Made by a program: the position numbers and the translations under genes. From assembly GCA_017626015.1 (NCBI GenBank), contig JAGAJO010000004.1, positions 46,713 through 110,712 of the forward strand: a stretch of 64,000 nucleotides of DNA, given 5' to 3'. The stretch's first letter is position 1, and every line of letters starts with the position of its first letter. Shown here piece after piece: positions 1 to 8,294 of this stretch. This DNA is from Ruminococcus sp. Lineage in GTDB: Bacteria > Bacillota > Clostridia > Oscillospirales > Ruminococcaceae. The notes beneath the pieces were generated by a model. The model was not told the origin of the DNA and searched no databases. It saw only the letters and a program-made list of their open reading frames with translations.

Positions 1-339
1 ATATTCCTTGCCCTTACAGCAGTATCTTGCGTGAAAATCCGCAGGCGCTTCCTCGCACTTCAGGACTGCTATATCGTCCGGAAGCCTTGAATTCATGCCG
101 AACCTGATACCCCGGCAGGTTATTGTACTGTCAAGGGAAAAGCTTAGCACATACTCCCTTGCATGAACTCCCGTATCGGTCCTTGAACAGCCCTGCACCG
201 TTATATCCTGTCCGGTAAGTCCCCTAAGAGCCTTTTCAAAGACCTCCTGCACGGTGACGGCGTTATCCTGACGCTGCCAGCCGTGATATGCTGAGCCGTC
301 ATAGGCGATAGTCACCCTGAAATGCCTTGCCTCAGACAT
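1..339 (-). CDS. truA: tRNA pseudouridine(38-40) synthase TruA, N-terminal ~113 codons (gene runs off the left edge)
   Basis: Own translation from ATG 339-337: MSEARHFRVTIAYDGSAYHGWQRQDNAVTVQEVFEKAL...CSRTDTGVHAREYV. This carries the TruA YDG..YHGWQ.Q and RTD.GVHA motifs and sits in the conserved ecfA-ecfA-ecfT-truA context. It is absent from the ORF track because it is truncated by the edge. Confidence 0.85.
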   Translation of the reverse strand, partial: MSEARHFRVTIAYDGSAYHGWQRQDNAVTVQEVFEKALRGLTGQDITVQGCSRTDTGVHAREYVLSFSLDSTITCRGIRFGMNSRLPDDIAVLKCEEAPADFHARYCCKGKEY

Positions 340-626
340 CAGTCCAGCTCTATACTGTCGATATTTTCTATACGGTGTATAACGGTCCTATCGCCTTTTT
401 TTCCGTATACCAGGAGCTTGATCCATTCCTCGTCCGCTTCCAGTATCCTGCATTTTATCTCATCGTAATCTATTTCTACGGTACAGTCATATCCTACCAG
501 CGAGCTTATCATTTTCGACATATTGTTTCCTCCGTTCTGTTTTCTCTCAAGTCTTTTAAGTCTTCTTTCCAGGGCTTTGATCTTATCGTCCTGATCCATA
601 TCCGCAAATGTTCCAAGCATTGACAT
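339..626 (-). CDS. small hypothetical protein (95 aa; possibly only the 60-aa part from internal ATG 521)
   Basis: ORF track 339..626. GGAGGAG lies 6-7 nt upstream of ATG 626, and a second GGAGGA lies 7 nt upstream of ATG 521. The stop overlaps the truA start (TGATG). No family recognised. Confidence 0.5.
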   Translation of the reverse strand: MSMLGTFADMDQDDKIKALERRLKRLERKQNGGNNMSKMISSLVGYDCTVEIDYDEIKCRILEADEEWIKLLVYGKKGDRTVIHRIENIDSIELD

Positions 627-647
627 TTTGTTCTCCTCCCAGATCTG

Positions 648-1472
648 CTATATCAAGTGATTTACAGCTATGACTCCTGCAAGGAAGGCTATGCAGAAAA
701 GACTTCCCCACAGATCCAATATCCCGAGTCTGAGCTGTTTCATTCTGGTCCTGCCCTCTCCGCCGTGATAGCATCGGCACTCCATTGCTAAGGCAAGCTC
801 CTCCGCATGGCGGAAGGACGCCACAAAAAGCGGGATAAGTATAGGTATGAGCGCTTTCGCCTTGTCTATGAGAGAACCGTTCTCCATATCCGCTCCCCTT
901 GCCTTCTGGGCGGAAATGATCTTATCGGTCTCCTCAATAAGCGTCGGGATAAATCTTAAGGCAATGGTCATCATCATTGCAAGCTCATGCACCGGCACCT
1001 TGATTTTTTTAAGAGGCGACAGCAGTCTCTCGATAGCGTCCGTCAGGTCGATGGGAGACGTTGTATAGGTCAGCAGCGATGTGCCCGCTATCAGGCAGAG
1101 TATACGCACTACCATATATACCGCCGTATCCACTCCCTCATCGGTTATTTTTATAAACCTCCATTCAAAATAGGGGTCGCCCGTACGAATGAAAAAAATG
1201 TTAAGCACAGCAGTAAAAATAATGATCGGCACTATGGGCTTAAGGCTTTTGAGCAGCATTTTCCCAGGGATCCTCGATATCAGAAAGATCAGCGCCGTAA
1301 AAGCTATCCCCACGCCCAGTCCGACAAGATTATCCGCCGAAAAGAGCATGACGATAAATACGCCCGTCAGTATTATTTTTATTCTTGCGTCCATTTTGTG
1401 TATGACAGATTTTCCGGGAAAATACTGTCCGATAGTAATATCCTTTATCAAGGTATATTCCTCCAAATCCAT
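648..1472 (-). CDS. ecfT: ECF transporter transmembrane (T) component
   Basis: 274-aa multi-TM protein directly after two ECF ATPase genes. Contains the EcfT/CbiQ-type A.KARGAD motif (SAQKARGADMENG). Confidence 0.9.
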   Translation of the reverse strand: MDLEEYTLIKDITIGQYFPGKSVIHKMDARIKIILTGVFIVMLFSADNLVGLGVGIAFTALIFLISRIPGKMLLKSLKPIVPIIIFTAVLNIFFIRTGDPYFEWRFIKITDEGVDTAVYMVVRILCLIAGTSLLTYTTSPIDLTDAIERLLSPLKKIKVPVHELAMMMTIALRFIPTLIEETDKIISAQKARGADMENGSLIDKAKALIPILIPLFVASFRHAEELALAMECRCYHGGEGRTRMKQLRLGILDLWGSLFCIAFLAGVIAVNHLI

Positions 1473-1514
1473 GCCTTAAACTACTCCCTGCCGCTTAAGC
1501 GGTCAAGGGCATCT

Positions 1515-2369
1515 CTATTTTGCTCCCAGTCTCTCCAGCAGGAGCTTTTTTGCATAATTTACCGTATAAACGTCGTCCTTTATGTCTATTCCCATAGCCT
1601 TAAGGCGGTTGAACACTCTTGTCACCTGCGGCACGGAAAGTCCCATTGCCGTAAGCTCCTCCGAACGGTGAAAGACCTTTACCATATCGTCGTAGCAAAA
1701 GACCTTGGCATTATTCATCACAAGGATCTTCGACACGTTCTTGGCTATGTCCTCCATAGAGTGCGACACAAGCAGAACGGTGCTTTTGGTCTGCTGATGA
1801 TACTCTCTTATCAGACCAAGTATCTGCTCCCTGCCCTTCGGATCAAGTCCCGAGGCAGGCTCGTCAAGTATAAGCACCTTAGGCTCCATAGCCATAACGC
1901 CGGCTATCGCCACACGGCGTTTCTGTCCGCCGGAAAGCTCGAATGGCGACTTATCCAGAATTTCGGGGGAAAGCCCTACCATTCTTGCAGTCTCTTTGAT
2001 CCTTTTATCTATGTCGCTTTCGGAAAGTCCCATATTTTTAGGACCGAAGGCTATATCCTTATACACGGTCTCCTCAAAAAGCTGATATTCGGGATACTGA
2101 AACACCAGCCCTACCTTAAAGCGCACGGGTCTCAGCCTTGATCTATCGTCCCACAGCCTTTCGCCGTCCACATATACAGAGCCTTCTGTGGGCTTTAAAA
2201 GTCCGTTGAAATGCTGGATAAGGGTGGATTTTCCCGAGCCTGTATGTCCGATAATACCAACCATTTCTCCGCTTTCGATTTCTATGTTCACTCCGTCCAC
2301 GGCTGCCTTGCGAAAGGGAGTACCCTCGCCGTAAACATATGACAAATTTTCAGTTCTTATAATTGACAT
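1515..2369 (-). CDS. ecfA2: ECF transporter ATPase component A2
   Basis: Walker A GHTGSGKST, ABC signature LSGGQKRRVAIAG, Walker B LILDEP. N-terminus MSIIRTENLSYVY is typical of EcfA'. Confidence 0.9.
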   Translation of the reverse strand: MSIIRTENLSYVYGEGTPFRKAAVDGVNIEIESGEMVGIIGHTGSGKSTLIQHFNGLLKPTEGSVYVDGERLWDDRSRLRPVRFKVGLVFQYPEYQLFEETVYKDIAFGPKNMGLSESDIDKRIKETARMVGLSPEILDKSPFELSGGQKRRVAIAGVMAMEPKVLILDEPASGLDPKGREQILGLIREYHQQTKSTVLLVSHSMEDIAKNVSKILVMNNAKVFCYDDMVKVFHRSEELTAMGLSVPQVTRVFNRLKAMGIDIKDDVYTVNYAKKLLLERLGAK

Positions 2370-2424
2370 TTTATTTTCCTCATTGTCTTACGTCTTTCAG
2401 AGCGATAAACACACTGTAAAAGAC

Positions 2425-2453
2425 ATTATAACCTAAAATAAGCTTTTTGTAAA
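2425..2453 (-). promoter_or_regulatory. sigma-A type promoter in front of ecfA2 (TTTACA-17 nt-TATAAT)
   Basis: Minus strand reads cTTTACAaaaagcttattttaggtTATAATgtc: -35 at 2453-2448 and -10 at 2430-2425, about 55 nt upstream of the ecfA2 ATG. Confidence 0.5.
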
Positions 2454-2479
2454 GGGATAAACCGATTATTTCACAAAAC

Positions 2480-3289
2480 TCACACGTTGGCGGTACTGTC
2501 CTTAAGCTTCTTTCTCAATATAATATAGGGGATAAAGTTCCAGCCTGTCATAAAGCACAAAACCCCGTATACCAAAGCGTTGATAGTTGTTATCGCTCCA
2601 ACCTTTCTTGCTCTTACACAGGCTGATAATCCCAGTATAACGGAAAAAACATAAAAAGACATTGCAACAAGACCAAAAGCAAAGAAGATCGTCAAAAAAG
2701 TCACATTCATAGCGGCAAAAGCGCCAGCAAGCCAGAATAGACCCAACCCAAAGGTAAAGATCGTAACAAATAATAATACAATCGGGTGAAACAGAAACAG
2801 CGACTGTACAAAAAGCTCAAAATACGGTATAAGCAGACAAACCATAATTACAAGACAAGCAAACAAACATACGTCTGCTGTAATTCCCAAGGTAAGAAGT
2901 CTCACTCCGCAGCGTGATGAATAGTCTGAATCCAATTCACCGCCTTGTCTTTGAAGCGGTCTTCTGACCATTGCCTGCATTATATAGATCATTCCGATCG
3001 CAAACGGTATCAAAAGCGTTAACAGAAGAACAAGACGAATAATAACTGACGTATTTGACATACCCTCAAACATCGGATTTATAAACTCCATATCCTTGCT
3101 GTCGATCCCCAAAACATTTACAAAAAGCGCCAGAACCGACTTAACTGATTCATTTACAAACAAACCGCCGAGAGCCGATATGGAAATCATCATAAAAACG
3201 CTTGCTCCCATATTTGAAAGATTGATTTTTTTACATCTTTCTAGAATAATAAGCACAGCCAGAATTATAATAAGCGCAAAAATCAACAT
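2480..3289 (-). CDS. polytopic membrane protein of unknown function (~269 aa) inserted between ecfA1 and ecfA2
   Basis: ORF track 2480..3373. I prefer ATG 3289 (MLIFALIIILAV...) because GGGAGA lies 7 nt upstream and the 70-nt overlap with ecfA1 disappears. About 8 hydrophobic segments; visibly more AT-rich than the flanking ecf genes. Confidence 0.6.
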   Translation of the reverse strand: MLIFALIIILAVLIILERCKKINLSNMGASVFMMISISALGGLFVNESVKSVLALFVNVLGIDSKDMEFINPMFEGMSNTSVIIRLVLLLTLLIPFAIGMIYIMQAMVRRPLQRQGGELDSDYSSRCGVRLLTLGITADVCLFACLVIMVCLLIPYFELFVQSLFLFHPIVLLFVTIFTFGLGLFWLAGAFAAMNVTFLTIFFAFGLVAMSFYVFSVILGLSACVRARKVGAITTINALVYGVLCFMTGWNFIPYIILRKKLKDSTANV

Positions 3290-3303
3290 AACAAATCTCC
3301 CAT

Positions 3304-4152
3304 TTATTTCAGCATCTCGTATAATTTCTCCACACACTCGTCTTCCGAGATTATCTCGGTGGAAATATCGCATCCCGCCTTTTTAAGCTCCCACGCAAGC
3401 TCCGTGACCTGAGGTACGTCAAGACCTAAATTCTTCATGACCTCTACCTGAGAAAAGATCTTTTTGGGTACGTTGTCCATTATGATCTCTCCGCCGTCTA
3501 TGACCACTACTCTGTCAGCCTGCGCAGCCTCCTCCATATAATGAGTTATCAGCACGATGGTCACGCCCTGAGAGTTGAGCATTTTTACTGTTTTCATGAC
3601 CTCCGCTCTGCCGTGAGGATCGAGCATTGCCGTAGGCTCGTCCAGCAGGATACAGTCGGGGCGCATGGCTATTATCCCCGCTATCGCCACCCTCTGCTTC
3701 TGTCCTCCGGACAGCTTGTGGGGGGCGTGCATTCTGTACTCGTACATACCTACGGTTTTAAGAGCTTCATCGACCCTCTTACGTATCTCCGCAGGAGGAA
3801 CGCCCATATTTTCCAGAGCAAAGGCAACGTCCTCCTCTACGATCGTGGCAACGATCTGATTGTCGGGATTCTGAAAAACCATTCCCACACGCTGGCGGAT
3901 AGGGAGCAGATTATCCTCGTCGATAGTATCCATGCCGTCAACATAGACTGCGCCCGATTCGGGAAGATTTATAGCGTTGATGCACTTGGCAAGGGTGGAT
4001 TTTCCGGAGCCGTTGTGTCCTAGCACTGCAACAAATTCCCCTTTTTTTATACTGAGATCAATGCCCTTTAGTACCTCGGTCTTGACGGGGGGTTCTTCCA
4101 TTTCGTTAATATAGGAAAAATGAAGATCCTTTATCTCAATGAAATTTTCCAT
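3304..4152 (-). CDS. ecfA1: ECF transporter ATPase component A1
   Basis: Walker [10 protein letters not shown], signature [13 protein letters not shown], Walker B ILLDEP. Confidence 0.9.
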   Translation of the reverse strand: MENFIEIKDLHFSYINEMEEPPVKTEVLKGIDLSIKKGEFVAVLGHNGSGKSTLAKCINAINLPESGAVYVDGMDTIDEDNLLPIRQRVGMVFQNPDNQIVATIVEEDVAFALENMGVPPAEIRKRVDEALKTVGMYEYRMHAPHKLSGGQKQRVAIAGIIAMRPDCILLDEPTAMLDPHGRAEVMKTVKMLNSQGVTIVLITHYMEEAAQADRVVVIDGGEIIMDNVPKKIFSQVEVMKNLGLDVPQVTELAWELKKAGCDISTEIISEDECVEKLYEMLK

Positions 4153-4355
4153 TATTTCTTATCCTTTTTCTTGCCGTCTTTTTTTTCGTCCTTGTCATCC
4201 TTATCAAATATATCCTCCAGCTTATCCTTTACCTTTTCAAGGTTTTCCTTGGTGGCAAGCTCCTTTGCCTTTTTCTTTACCTCGTCGGGTATCTTGTCCT
4301 CGACCTTGTCGATCGTTTTCTTAATGTCCTTGATGTCCTTAATGTCAAATCCCAT
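4152..4355 (-). CDS. 67-aa highly charged Lys/Asp/Glu-rich protein, unknown function
   Basis: ORF track. GGAGG lies ~9 nt upstream of ATG 4355, and its TAA overlaps the ecfA1 ATG (TAATG). Sequence is [21 protein letters not shown]...[13 protein letters not shown]: low complexity, no hydrophobic core. Confidence 0.5.
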   Translation of the reverse strand: MGFDIKDIKDIKKTIDKVEDKIPDEVKKKAKELATKENLEKVKDKLEDIFDKDDKDEKKDGKKKDKK

Positions 4356-4437
4356 TTTAAATTACCTCCGTAAATAATATGTTGATCTATTCAAAAATCC
4401 CGTCCTGTGATCAGGCGGAGTTTTTTCCTTATGTCCT

Positions 4438-5337
4438 TTATGTTCCTCTCCCCAGAAGCGTGTTTATGTCCTCCCATTCCGGCGGATATAACGCTATGGG
4501 GAATTTTGACACCGCTGCCGCCGCTACGGCGCAGGCAAACCGCACCAGACTGTCGTCGTCCATTTTTCTGTAAAGCCCGTATATGGCTCCCGCCTTGAAG
4601 CTGTCCCCTGCTCCCAGTGTGGAAACTGCATTGACCTTGAATGCTCCGCAGAATTTCGGATCATCTCCTTTTCTGCCGTACATCGCTCCCTTTTCGCCCA
4701 GCGTAAAGATAACCAGTCCGTCGGTGCTGTCGGTGTAGAGCTTAAACAACTCGTCATAGCTTTTATCGGCATAATAGCTGTCAAGATGCTGATGTGAAAT
4801 GCAGTTTACAGCGCAGTGCTTATGGATATAGCTGTCATAAGGGCAGTCTATGGTGACATAAGGCTTTGAATATTTAACGCACAGTCTTGCGATACCGTCT
4901 CCGAAATAGGGATCCGCTCCCACACAGGAAGCATATCTGACAGACTGCTCGTTGGGCGGCTCATAGAACGGCTTTTCCCTTGAAAAGTGCTTGCTCCACT
5001 CGCCGAAGCAGGTGCGTGTGTTTTTATCGATGATAACATAGTCCGCTATGCCCTCGAAATCCTCATATACAAGCTCGCTTATGTCGGCGGTCTTATCCGC
5101 AAAATAGTCTGAGATAACGTCCTTGTTGACATTGCCCAGATGTGTTCCTCCCAGCTTTACGGGTGCACCCAGACTGCACAGCACAGCCGCCGCAGTACCG
5201 GTTTCTCCGCCTACCAGATGATTTTTCTCGCTTATCTCGCCGTAGCCGTCGGGAGCGGGAAAATCCGTACTTAGCAAAAATGCGTAGGTGGACATTACCT
5301 GTCCGTACATATAAATATAGCTATTTTCGGACTCCAT
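4438..5337 (-). CDS. PfkB-family carbohydrate/ribokinase-like kinase
   Basis: C-terminal PfkB signature GAGDSFKAGAIYG; 299 aa. Confidence 0.8.
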   Translation of the reverse strand: MESENSYIYMYGQVMSTYAFLLSTDFPAPDGYGEISEKNHLVGGETGTAAAVLCSLGAPVKLGGTHLGNVNKDVISDYFADKTADISELVYEDFEGIADYVIIDKNTRTCFGEWSKHFSREKPFYEPPNEQSVRYASCVGADPYFGDGIARLCVKYSKPYVTIDCPYDSYIHKHCAVNCISHQHLDSYYADKSYDELFKLYTDSTDGLVIFTLGEKGAMYGRKGDDPKFCGAFKVNAVSTLGAGDSFKAGAIYGLYRKMDDDSLVRFACAVAAAAVSKFPIALYPPEWEDINTLLGRGT

Positions 5338-5370
5338 TCATTTCACCTCCGGATAACCTGTAAGCCTTTG

Positions 5371-5619
5371 TTACAGCTCCTCAAAAAACTTTCTTAACTG
5401 CGCTTTTCTCTCGTCTGAAATGTCCTTTTTGGGTATCCCCTGCACAGCGCCCTCTATCGCAGTCAGCTTATGAAAGCACGAACCGCTGTCATAGGCTTTA
5501 AGCTTGATAAAGGTTTTCTCCGTACCCAGCTCACGGAGCTTTTCGGGAGTATCTATTCCAACGGCGATAAGCTGTTTTTCCAGTACGCCGCCTATGTTGG
5601 GTAAATCGTGAAGTTTCAT
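5371..5619 (-). CDS. TfoX C-terminal domain protein (82 aa)
   Basis: LPNIGGVLEKQLIAVGIDTPEKLRELG...AIEGAVQGI fits the TfoX_C helix-hairpin-helix pattern. Its start overlaps the stop of the upstream nucleotidyltransferase by 4 nt. Confidence 0.65.
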   Translation of the reverse strand: MKLHDLPNIGGVLEKQLIAVGIDTPEKLRELGTEKTFIKLKAYDSGSCFHKLTAIEGAVQGIPKKDISDERKAQLRKFFEEL

Positions 5620-6470
5620 TGTAATTCCCCGTTTCTGACCTTCAGCATATAAGCCGTCATATTACTGTCCTCTGTAACATTATAGGTGTAGCCGAATTTT
5701 TCAGCAACCTCGTTCGCCATTCTGCGGAAAAGTCCGCAGGCGGTGAAAACAGCATTCCATATATTTTCATAATTACTGTCGGAATATGTTTCGGCGTACA
5801 TTTTATAAAGCTCTGCGGGAAGATATTTTCTGAAATACTTTCCCGACTTGCCCGCCGATACCTTAAAATCGTAATTCATTCCGATATACCACTCTGTCAT
5901 TTTATTAAGCATATTGCGGACATAAACGTTAAACATATTCATCACATAAGGCAGCTCGTCCCTTGCGATACCCTTTGCAACATTATTGAGACACCACCAG
6001 AACTCGTTACAGCAGTCGTGAAAAAGCTTTTCCGTCGGAGCTTTCACAAACCAGAAGTCCTCGTTGGGCTTTACGTCGGACAATAACCCGCACTTGTCCA
6101 GCAGAACAACAGCAGGCTCTCCGTCGTCGACATAAGGCTGACTTGTTATCTCCAGATCAATACGGTTTCCGTCCTCGAAAATAGTGAGAAACACAAAGCT
6201 TCCGTCATTATCGGGAGGGATAAGCTCCTTAGTCTCAGGGGTTTGCATAACGGCGATCTTACCGAATTTTTCTTCCAGCCACGCCCTGTTATCCCAGTAC
6301 GGAGCAACGTCCGTCACAAAATAAACTATGTCGTAATCCTGATAAATATCCTTCGGTGCGTGAGGATCTGAACGCGAGCCGTTAAGCATTACCGCAAGTA
6401 TGCGGTCGTCCTCTTTTGCGGTATTTATTATCAGATCGAACATTTCCTGCTCGGTGCGAAGTTTAACCAT
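5616..6470 (-). CDS. aminoglycoside 6-nucleotidyltransferase (ANT(6)/AadK-like) family protein
   Basis: MVKLRTEQEMFDLIINTAKEDDRILAVMLNGSR...YQDYDIVYFV resembles the AadK/ANT(6) N-terminus. AAAGGAGAG lies 6 nt before ATG 6470; the longer track ORF (to 6491) starts at a TTG. Confidence 0.75.
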   Translation of the reverse strand: MVKLRTEQEMFDLIINTAKEDDRILAVMLNGSRSDPHAPKDIYQDYDIVYFVTDVAPYWDNRAWLEEKFGKIAVMQTPETKELIPPDNDGSFVFLTIFEDGNRIDLEITSQPYVDDGEPAVVLLDKCGLLSDVKPNEDFWFVKAPTEKLFHDCCNEFWWCLNNVAKGIARDELPYVMNMFNVYVRNMLNKMTEWYIGMNYDFKVSAGKSGKYFRKYLPAELYKMYAETYSDSNYENIWNAVFTACGLFRRMANEVAEKFGYTYNVTEDSNMTAYMLKVRNGELQ

Positions 6471-6508
6471 AACTCTCTCCTTTCTCGGCAAACGCCAGTC
6501 TCATAATC

Positions 6509-7393
6509 TCAGCCGATCGTATCGTCTGTATCTGCCGTCCATATTGCCGTCGAACCGCAGGGGAGAACTCCTCCTGTTGTCTCAACGGGTAAGCCTATCT
6601 CGTCCGCCGTGACCTTTCCTCCGAAACGAACGCCCAGAATATCGTTAAGAATATACGCCATGACCGAGGGGGAAAGTCCCGTGGTATAACTGTTCAGCAG
6701 GAAAAACAGCGGCTTATCGCTGAGCACGTCGGAGCAGGTCTTTACCAGATCGTAAATGCAGTCCTCCAGCTTCCACACCTCGCCGCCCGGACCTCTGCCG
6801 TAGCTTGGAGGGTCCATAACTATCGCATCATAGGTCTTGCCCCGCTTTATCTCACGTCTGACGAATTTTTCGCAGTCGTCCACAAGCCAGCGTATAGGCT
6901 TGTCGGAAAGACCCGATGCGGCGGCGTTTTCTCTCGCCCATTGTACCATTCCCTTTGATGCGTCAACGTGGGAAACGCTTGCTCCCGCCTCGGCACAGGC
7001 AAGAGTTGCTCCGCCTGTGTATGCGAAAAGATTGAGCACCCTTATCTCACGTCCCGCATTTCTTATCTTTTCGGACATAAAGTCCCAGTTGACAGCCTGC
7101 TCGGGGAAAAGCCCCGTATGCTTAAATCCTGTGGGACGAATTATAAATCTCAGATTTCCGTAAGAAACATTCCAGCTTTCTGGAAGCCTGCGCTTATACT
7201 CCCACTCGCCGCCGCCCTTTGAGGAACGGTGATATATGCCGTCAGCCTTTCCCCACATATCCGAGCGTTTTGGGGACTTCCATATTATCTGCGGGTCGGG
7301 GCGCACAAGTATCTTTCCGCCCCAGCTTTCAAGCTTGTCGCCGTCGGTGGTATCTAATATTCTGTAATCCTTCCAGTTTTGTGTTACTCTCAT
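6509..7393 (-). CDS. class I SAM-dependent (RlmI/RlmK-like) methyltransferase
   Basis: NLFAYTGGATLA glycine-rich SAM loop and VMDPPSYGRG motif. N-terminus MRVTQNWKDYRILDTTDGDKLESWGG is typical of the PF10672-type rRNA methyltransferases. Start moved to ATG 7393 (AAGGAAA RBS). Confidence 0.7.
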   Translation of the reverse strand: MRVTQNWKDYRILDTTDGDKLESWGGKILVRPDPQIIWKSPKRSDMWGKADGIYHRSSKGGGEWEYKRRLPESWNVSYGNLRFIIRPTGFKHTGLFPEQAVNWDFMSEKIRNAGREIRVLNLFAYTGGATLACAEAGASVSHVDASKGMVQWARENAAASGLSDKPIRWLVDDCEKFVRREIKRGKTYDAIVMDPPSYGRGPGGEVWKLEDCIYDLVKTCSDVLSDKPLFFLLNSYTTGLSPSVMAYILNDILGVRFGGKVTADEIGLPVETTGGVLPCGSTAIWTADTDDTIG

Positions 7394-7439
7394 AATTATT
7401 TTCCTTTTTATATGTCCGACACCGACATCATAAACCCTA

Positions 7440-7727
7440 TCATTTCGTCGGCATTTTTTGAATATCAATCATATTTACAAATACAACATTGACCTTGTCA
7501 AAACTTCCGCCGTTTTTTACAGCATTAAAATCTACCCGGTAAAATCCATTGCTTTCATAAAGTCCTATGTCTCCTGCGCTAAAATACACATTATCCTTAG
7601 TTTCAAGACTTATTATTAAGTGATGACCATATCTGCCATAGGAATAATAAACATCAGAGATTGCTATGCCTTGCTTTTTCAACATTGGATTTATACCATT
7701 TTTCAAATTGAAAAAATGAATGTCCAT
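7440..7727 (-). CDS. hypothetical protein (95 aa), AT-rich ORFan
   Basis: ORF track 7440..7748. ATG 7727 is preferred (GAGGA ~9 nt upstream, 5-nt gap after the GNAT stop). No motif recognised. Confidence 0.45.
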   Translation of the reverse strand: MDIHFFNLKNGINPMLKKQGIAISDVYYSYGRYGHHLIISLETKDNVYFSAGDIGLYESNGFYRVDFNAVKNGGSFDKVNVVFVNMIDIQKMPTK

Positions 7728-7732
7728 TTTTA

Positions 7733-8263
7733 TTAGTCCTCTAAACAATACAAACCCTCATACTCCACAGAGCGCATTTTTATACTGCCGTCCAGCTTTT
7801 CAAATTCTCCGTAGCCGGCAAAATGAAGTCCGCATTTCTGCATTACTCTGCCGCTTGCCGTATTTGGTTCTGCGTGAGAGGAGAAAAATTTTACTACGCC
7901 AAAATTCTCGTATGCCCATTTCATCATAGCCTTAGCCGCCTCGGTAGCGTAACCATTGCCCCAGCAATCGTAACGGAAGTTATACCCAAAGCCCCAGACA
8001 TTTTCAGCTTTTCCGCTCTGCCTGCCAATATCCCCGCTGCCGATAAGCTTTCCGTCTGATTTACGGACAAAGCCGAAGCTGTTTGTAGACTTATCATTTT
8101 CCGCAAATTCAAGCCACTTTCTGACCTGCTCTATGTCTGTGTATGCAGTATAAACCATATATTTTGAAACACGCTCGTCGCTCACCCATTCAAATACCTG
8201 TTCAGCATCGCTTACTTTAAGAGGTCTTAATATAAGCCGCTGCGTTTCTATTATCCTGTTCAT
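7733..8263 (-). CDS. GNAT family N-acetyltransferase (RimJ/RimL-like)
   Basis: MNRIIETQRLILRPLKVSDAEQVFEWVSDERVSKYM is the classical RimJ/L-type N-terminus. GGAGG lies 6 nt upstream of ATG 8263. Confidence 0.8.
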   Translation of the reverse strand: MNRIIETQRLILRPLKVSDAEQVFEWVSDERVSKYMVYTAYTDIEQVRKWLEFAENDKSTNSFGFVRKSDGKLIGSGDIGRQSGKAENVWGFGYNFRYDCWGNGYATEAAKAMMKWAYENFGVVKFFSSHAEPNTASGRVMQKCGLHFAGYGEFEKLDGSIKMRSVEYEGLYCLED

Positions 8264-8294
8264 ATTGTCCTCCGTATTTTCTCGGATCTTCAAT

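Noticed and set aside
987-2141. 384-aa plus-strand ORF spanning ecfT and ecfA2
   Set aside because: It is antisense to two well-supported genes. Its composition (very rich in R, H, K, Y, with no motifs) is typical of a shadow ORF on the opposite strand of real coding sequence.
7440-8263. GNAT plus small downstream ORF as a GNAT-toxin/antitoxin pair
   Set aside because: The acetyltransferase has the RimJ/RimL-type N-terminus rather than the TacT/AtaT type. The small gene lies downstream rather than upstream and has no RHH/DUF1778 features.
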